Shown piece after piece: positions 34,497 to 38,205 of a stretch of 38,205 nucleotides of DNA (its first letter is position 1; every line of letters begins with the position of its first letter). The notes beneath the pieces are model-generated. The model ran no database searches and was not told where the DNA came from. It worked only from the letters and a program-made list of their open reading frames with translations. The stretch is from IMG/VR virus record IMGVR_UViG_3300045988_170321, positions 1-38,205 of that record, one strand, 5' to 3'. Source of the stretch: a virus. A program made the translations under genes and the position numbers.

Positions 34497-34922
34497 ATGG
34501 ACAAGTTCACAGAAATTATCAAGATCATACTGGGCGGCATTGTCACGGCGGTGTCGGGATTTTTCGGCGGTATGGACGGTATCATGTTTGCGCTGATAGC
34601 GTTTATATCCATCGACTACGTAACAGGCGTGGCGGTTGCCGTGAAGCAGAAAAAATTATCCTCAGAAGTCGGATTCTGGGGTCTGGTGCGCAAGGTCTGC
34701 ATCGTGGCGCTGGTAGGCGTATCACATTTTGTTGATGTGTATGTCATGCACACGGGTGATATTTTCAGGACGGCTATTGCGCTGTACTACATAGGCAATG
34801 AGGGCATATCGCTGTTAGAAAACATCGGCAATCTGGGGGTTAAACTGCCCAAGAAGCTGATCGATATACTGGAGCAGATACGTGACGATAATTCGGGGGA
34901 GGGCAAAAATGATGAGCATTAA
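34497..34922 (+). CDS. Holin (phage_holin_4 / toxin-secretion holin family)
   Basis: Three hydrophobic segments and the motif NEGISLLENIGNLGVKLP. Confidence 0.8.
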   Translation: MDKFTEIIKIILGGIVTAVSGFFGGMDGIMFALIAFISIDYVTGVAVAVKQKKLSSEVGFWGLVRKVCIVALVGVSHFVDVYVMHTGDIFRTAIALYYIGNEGISLLENIGNLGVKLPKKLIDILEQIRDDNSGEGKNDEH

Positions 34923-35610
34923 CATCAAAATGGATACAGGCACTGCCAACACCACTGTTGCCAAAGGGCGATCCATTGAATGGATAGTGATCCACTACAC
35001 GGCAGGCACATCATCGGCTGCGGGCAGCGCACACAATCTTGCGGCATGGTTCAGGGCGGGAGCAAATCCCGCCAATCCTGCCAGCGCTGATTTTATTGTG
35101 GACGACGAAAATGTTGTCTGCTATAATCCTGACATTGCAAACCGTTATTCATGGGGCGCAGGCGGGGTAAAATACACCAAGATGTCCACGTCAGAGGGCG
35201 GCAGATATTACGGCAAGTGCAGGAACAGCAACTGCATCAACATTGAGATTTGCAGCAACAAGAAAAACAGGAAGTCTCTGAGCGCAGATGACACGGACTG
35301 GTATTTCACCGATGCAGAGCTGGCATTGGCTGCTGAGCTGGTCAAGCATCTGATGAAAACATACGGCATTTCAGCTGACCATGTTATAATGCACCACCAG
35401 GTGACCGGCAAGTTGTGCCCTGCGATGTGGACACATTCGGAGGCAGAGCTTGAGGGCTGGAAGAAGTTCCGGCAGATGTTTATGCCTGCTGCCGAAAGCA
35501 ATCAGATGTTTTATGTGCAGGTCGGGGCTTTTAAGTCTCGGGAGAATGCTGAGGCATACCTTAAAACAGTGAAAAAAGATTATCCGGGTGCATTTATTAA
35601 ATCAATGTAA
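34909..35610 (+). CDS. N-acetylmuramoyl-L-alanine amidase endolysin with a C-terminal SPOR domain
   Basis: Amidase_2 pattern (IVIHYTAG...NIEIC...HHQVTGKLCP). The SPOR-like tail reads FYVQVGAFKSRENAEAYL. Confidence 0.85.
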   Translation: MMSINIKMDTGTANTTVAKGRSIEWIVIHYTAGTSSAAGSAHNLAAWFRAGANPANPASADFIVDDENVVCYNPDIANRYSWGAGGVKYTKMSTSEGGRYYGKCRNSNCINIEICSNKKNRKSLSADDTDWYFTDAELALAAELVKHLMKTYGISADHVIMHHQVTGKLCPAMWTHSEAELEGWKKFRQMFMPAAESNQMFYVQVGAFKSRENAEAYLKTVKKDYPGAFIKSM

Positions 35611-35613
35611 GAC

Positions 35614-35663
35614 AAAAAAATCGCCGTCGGTAAGAGTGGACTAAGCTCTTACCGACGGCGTTT
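35614..35663. terminator. Bidirectional terminator with a perfect 15-bp stem
   Basis: CGCCGTCGGTAAGAG (35622-35636) pairs with CTCTTACCGACGGCG (35646-35660). It is flanked by A7 on one side and TTT on the other. Confidence 0.8.
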
Positions 35664-35665
35664 GA

Positions 35666-36364
35666 TTATTCAAATTCTTCTTTTAAAATGCCATCATTAA
35701 AATACATATCATGTTTCTTATCAACAAATTTACGTATATCATATTTATAAGTATGACCATTTATAGTAATTTTTCCTTCGAGAAATCCAGATAATTTTTT
35801 TGCAAGTATAGCATTGGTTGTATTATCCGCTAAATGCTTACTCTTCATAAATGTTGGAAGTTTAGCGGGTATATCATCAATCTTTAGAATAGGTTCTAAA
35901 TCAAGTTTACGCTGATCTTTGTCATCTTTTTCGGTAATTACGCCGATTTTTATACATGTTAATTCATATTCGTCTAATTTACCTACACAATATACTACAT
36001 CTTCTATACTACTTTTCCATTGCCCTACTAGTTTAAGTATTACATCTATTCCAGAAAATGTTTTTTTCATATCATATAAGTAGGCATGGGCTTTTTTATC
36101 TTTGGAGAAAAATATATACATAAAGTCAACTTTTTTTGCATTCTCCAAAAAGTTTAATTGAAATTCATTTCCGATAAACGCATATTCATCGCCAGAAAAA
36201 GCAGAATGAATGTATAATGATTCGTTTTCTTCTTCTTCTTTTAATAAAATAACATGACTATTGCATGATTTGTCGATAAGCTTTGGTGTGTTTTTCTTAA
36301 GGGTTAAACAGCTTGTTTGTAATAGTTCGGCTTTTTTAAATAATTTTGCACGTAAATGATTCAT
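35666..36364 (-). CDS. Hypothetical 232-aa protein with a possible PD-(D/E)xK nuclease motif (VDFMYIFF...AYLYDMKK)
   Basis: It starts 5 nt downstream of the ATPase stop. It is very AT-rich. The motif was read by eye only. Confidence 0.6.
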   Translation of the reverse strand: MNHLRAKLFKKAELLQTSCLTLKKNTPKLIDKSCNSHVILLKEEEENESLYIHSAFSGDEYAFIGNEFQLNFLENAKKVDFMYIFFSKDKKAHAYLYDMKKTFSGIDVILKLVGQWKSSIEDVVYCVGKLDEYELTCIKIGVITEKDDKDQRKLDLEPILKIDDIPAKLPTFMKSKHLADNTTNAILAKKLSGFLEGKITINGHTYKYDIRKFVDKKHDMYFNDGILKEEFE

Positions 36365-36369
36365 AATTG

Positions 36370-37749
36370 TTAATCTTCCTCAGCTAATTTTATAGCGTCC
36401 TGATATATTTTGTCATTAGTACTGTTAAACAAAGAAAAATCAAAGCCGATTCCAAGTAAAATATTGTTTGGTATTTCTTCTACTATGGTTTTGCCTTGTT
36501 TTATGATAAATTGATAAGCGTGAACATTTGTATTATTAAGAATGTCATCATTGTCATATCCTAATTTTAATGCTAAGTCGTATTTGTTATTTTTGGCAGA
36601 CATTGTGATAAGATTATTGATTGCTGCAACCATGGTATCGCTATGGGTACTTACGATCATTTTATAACCAGCATTTACCATTCTTATTAAAAGACGCGCT
36701 AACTGTAATTGCTTTGTTGGATGTTGACAAGTGTCAATTTCATCATATAATATCATATTTGGACGTATACTACTGGTTAGAACTTGACATATTGGGGCTA
36801 GTTCTGATACTAGTGATGAGGATAGATAAATAGGAAGGGTATCCTCAGAACCATTAGGTGTATATACCATAGAATTACCGACTTTGGTGAGATTTCCGTT
36901 AATTATGTTATTAGTGATAAAAGATAATATTTTTTTATTTCCTTTTGAAGCCAATTCACTAGCTTTATGCTTTAATAAAAACATAAGAAAATTATATACG
37001 GGTTCAGTAAGCCCATATTCGTTTTCTACTTCATCCTTTTCATCTTCTGCAAATACTACGTCGCTGGTAGTTTCATTATTTCTTAAATCATTTGCTAAAT
37101 AATTAGCATATAACAACATAATACCTGATCTGGATGCTGGCAAATAAATAATTGAATTATTTTCGGCTTTTCGATTGCTATTTATCTGTACTCCAATATT
37201 ATCTGATAAAATAAAAGATAAAAGTTCTTGCTTGATAGTTCCCTCAATGAGTGACTTGGGATAACTTTCAAAAAATCTTATTGTCAGTGTTTTGCTATCA
37301 CTTCTTGTGATTTTGTACGTTTCAAAATGTTGACTGTTATCTTTTTCAACTACTGGAGATAAGCCTTCATAGCTTAATGTATAATTAAATATTAAATCAT
37401 TTAATTCTATACTCAATTCTTCAATCTTCAATTTTTTGGTATGGAATATCTCTTTAATAATTCTATCCTTATTGTTGTAAAGAAACATATTGATACAATC
37501 TTGCAGGCTGAGCAGAAATCCTTTATCAGAGGAATCTATACTTATAGGATTTTCTGAAATATTAATTTCTTCAAAATCTTGTAATGCTTCAGTAAATTTC
37601 TTGTCATTTGAAAATGAAAAAATCACGCCATAAATTAGTTGCATTAAATAAGATTTACCAGAATTATTTTCTCCTACAAATATCGAAAAGTTACTCACAT
37701 CTATATTAGCAGATGAGATTTTTCCAAAATTGCGTACTTTAATATTCAT
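36370..37749 (-). CDS. ABC/AAA_15-AAA_21-like ATPase (459 aa from MNIKVRNFG)
   Basis: Walker A is GENNSGKS and Walker B is MILYDEID. It also has an STHS H-loop-like motif and a YLPASRSG Q-loop-like motif. Confidence 0.75.
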   Translation of the reverse strand: MNIKVRNFGKISSANIDVSNFSIFVGENNSGKSYLMQLIYGVIFSFSNDKKFTEALQDFEEINISENPISIDSSDKGFLLSLQDCINMFLYNNKDRIIKEIFHTKKLKIEELSIELNDLIFNYTLSYEGLSPVVEKDNSQHFETYKITRSDSKTLTIRFFESYPKSLIEGTIKQELLSFILSDNIGVQINSNRKAENNSIIYLPASRSGIMLLYANYLANDLRNNETTSDVVFAEDEKDEVENEYGLTEPVYNFLMFLLKHKASELASKGNKKILSFITNNIINGNLTKVGNSMVYTPNGSEDTLPIYLSSSLVSELAPICQVLTSSIRPNMILYDEIDTCQHPTKQLQLARLLIRMVNAGYKMIVSTHSDTMVAAINNLITMSAKNNKYDLALKLGYDNDDILNNTNVHAYQFIIKQGKTIVEEIPNNILLGIGFDFSLFNSTNDKIYQDAIKLAEED

Positions 37750-37797
37750 ATTTTTCACCACATAAAAAAATATTGCCATAAATCAATCATTTTTTTT

Positions 37798-37825
37798 ATT
37801 ATATCATAAAAACAATAATTGTCAA
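37798..37825 (-). promoter_or_regulatory. Consensus promoter of the ATPase cassette (TTGACA, 16-nt spacer, TATAAT)
   Basis: The -35 hexamer is at 37825-37820 and the -10 at 37803-37798 on the minus strand. Confidence 0.65.
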
Positions 37826-38020
37826 GGGGAATAATACTATTAGCTGATTGCTCTTATTATATAACATTTATAATGTATTATACATCACATTGCATAAGCG
37901 TGATAGAGCATCATTTGTATATGCAAGTAAGTACAATCGCATTGATAATTCTTCTAATAAGATATGCGTAATGGTGTAAAATAGTACAACAATAAAAAAT
38001 AGACACACCTGCATATATTT

Positions 38021-38042
38021 TGACACCCATTTTGACACCCAT
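38021..38042 (+). promoter_or_regulatory. Candidate integrase arm-type sites: TGACACCCAT twice (38021-38030, 38033-38042)
   Basis: The same 10-mer, in the same orientation, occurs at 117-126 and 128-137. Confidence 0.5.
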
Positions 38043-38109
38043 CTTTGCAAAAAAGTGAGCAAAAAAGCACTGTTTTGAGCAAAGCATACAAGCAAATATT
38101 AAAAATAAA

Positions 38110-38155
38110 CAGCCCCTTAAACCACGCATTATAGCGGTTTAAGGGGCTGTTTTTA
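38110..38155. terminator. Strong hairpin terminator (14-bp stem) abutting the tRNA 3' end
   Basis: CAGCCCCTTAAACC (38110-38123) pairs with GGTTTAAGGGGCTG (38136-38149). T-runs flank it on both strands. On the minus strand it lies just downstream of tRNA-Pro. Confidence 0.75.
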
Positions 38156-38205
38156 TTGGTCGAGGTGACGGGACTCGAACCCACGGCCTCTTCGTCCCGA
38201 ACGAA
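38151..38205 (-). repeat. att core copy (attR-type), identical to 1-55
   Basis: Perfect 55-bp identity. The window ends inside the tRNA. Confidence 0.9.
38157..38205 (-). tRNA. tRNA-Pro (anticodon CGG), 3' portion from about nt 28 to CCA. The 5' portion lies beyond the window.
   Basis: The reverse complement reads TTCG-TTCGGGA-CGAAG (loop U33-CGG-G37), AGGCC, GTGGG-TTCGAGT-CCCGT, CACCTCG-A-CCA. C1:G72 and A73 are typical of bacterial tRNA-Pro. Confidence 0.75.

Larger units (their letters stand above)
1..38205. mobile_element. Integrated temperate prophage (HK97-like head and packaging genes, long-tailed), complete from attL to attR
   Basis: Perfect 55-bp direct repeats sit at both window ends. 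An integrase lies next to the left repeat. Lysogeny, early, packaging, head, tail and lysis modules are all present in order. Confidence 0.9.

Noticed and set aside
37868-38184. Three overlapping minus-strand ORFs (72-76 aa) between the ATPase promoter and attR.
   Set aside because: They are AT-rich with no RBS and overlap each other in different frames. The region is better explained as an attP arm with the TGACACCCAT repeats and a terminator.

Overview
The window is one complete temperate prophage of about 38.15 kb. It is HK97-like, with a long tape-measure protein that implies a siphovirus-type tail. Promoters and Shine-Dalgarno sites look Firmicutes/Clostridia-like. It is bounded by perfect 55-bp direct repeats (1-55 and 38151-38205) that carry the 3' part of a tRNA-Pro(CGG) gene on the minus strand.

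Gene order, left to right:
- Tyrosine integrase, then hicAB toxin-antitoxin cassette 1.
- An AT-rich minus-strand lysogeny operon: XRE repressor, ImmA protease, DEDDh exonuclease with two BRCT domains, and a Cys-rich protein.
- A genetic switch region and a Cro-like gene.
- An antisense array of three small genes, each with its own near-consensus promoter; two are driven by a duplicated 144-bp terminator/promoter/leader cassette.
- Early genes: excisionase-like HTH, VRR-NUC, PcfK-like, PcfJ-like, a coiled-coil protein and an HUH Rep-like protein.
- Packaging genes: HNH endonuclease and P27-type small terminase. A roughly 3.7-kb cargo island then separates these from the large terminase. It holds an HD hydrolase, an N6-adenine methyltransferase, a half-size HsdS-like gene and hicAB cassette 2.
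- Head and tail genes: portal, ClpP-like protease, HK97-type capsid, tail tube, a 1309-aa tape measure, tail tip and fibre genes.
- Holin and amidase-SPOR endolysin.
- A very AT-rich two-gene minus-strand cassette just inside attR: an ABC/AAA_21-like ATPase plus a 232-aa protein with a possible PD-(D/E)xK motif.

Best candidates for undescribed biology:
1. The ATPase plus small-protein cassette at 35666-37749.
2. The repressor-linked exonuclease-BRCT plus Cys-rich pair.
3. The octamer GGGAGCGG, which I counted by eye at least 23 times on the plus strand and 0 times on the minus strand. It occurs in all reading frames and in intergenic DNA, and looks Chi-like.
4. The tandem promoter-cassette array of small genes.

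All protein family calls come from motif recognition by eye. No database search was possible.
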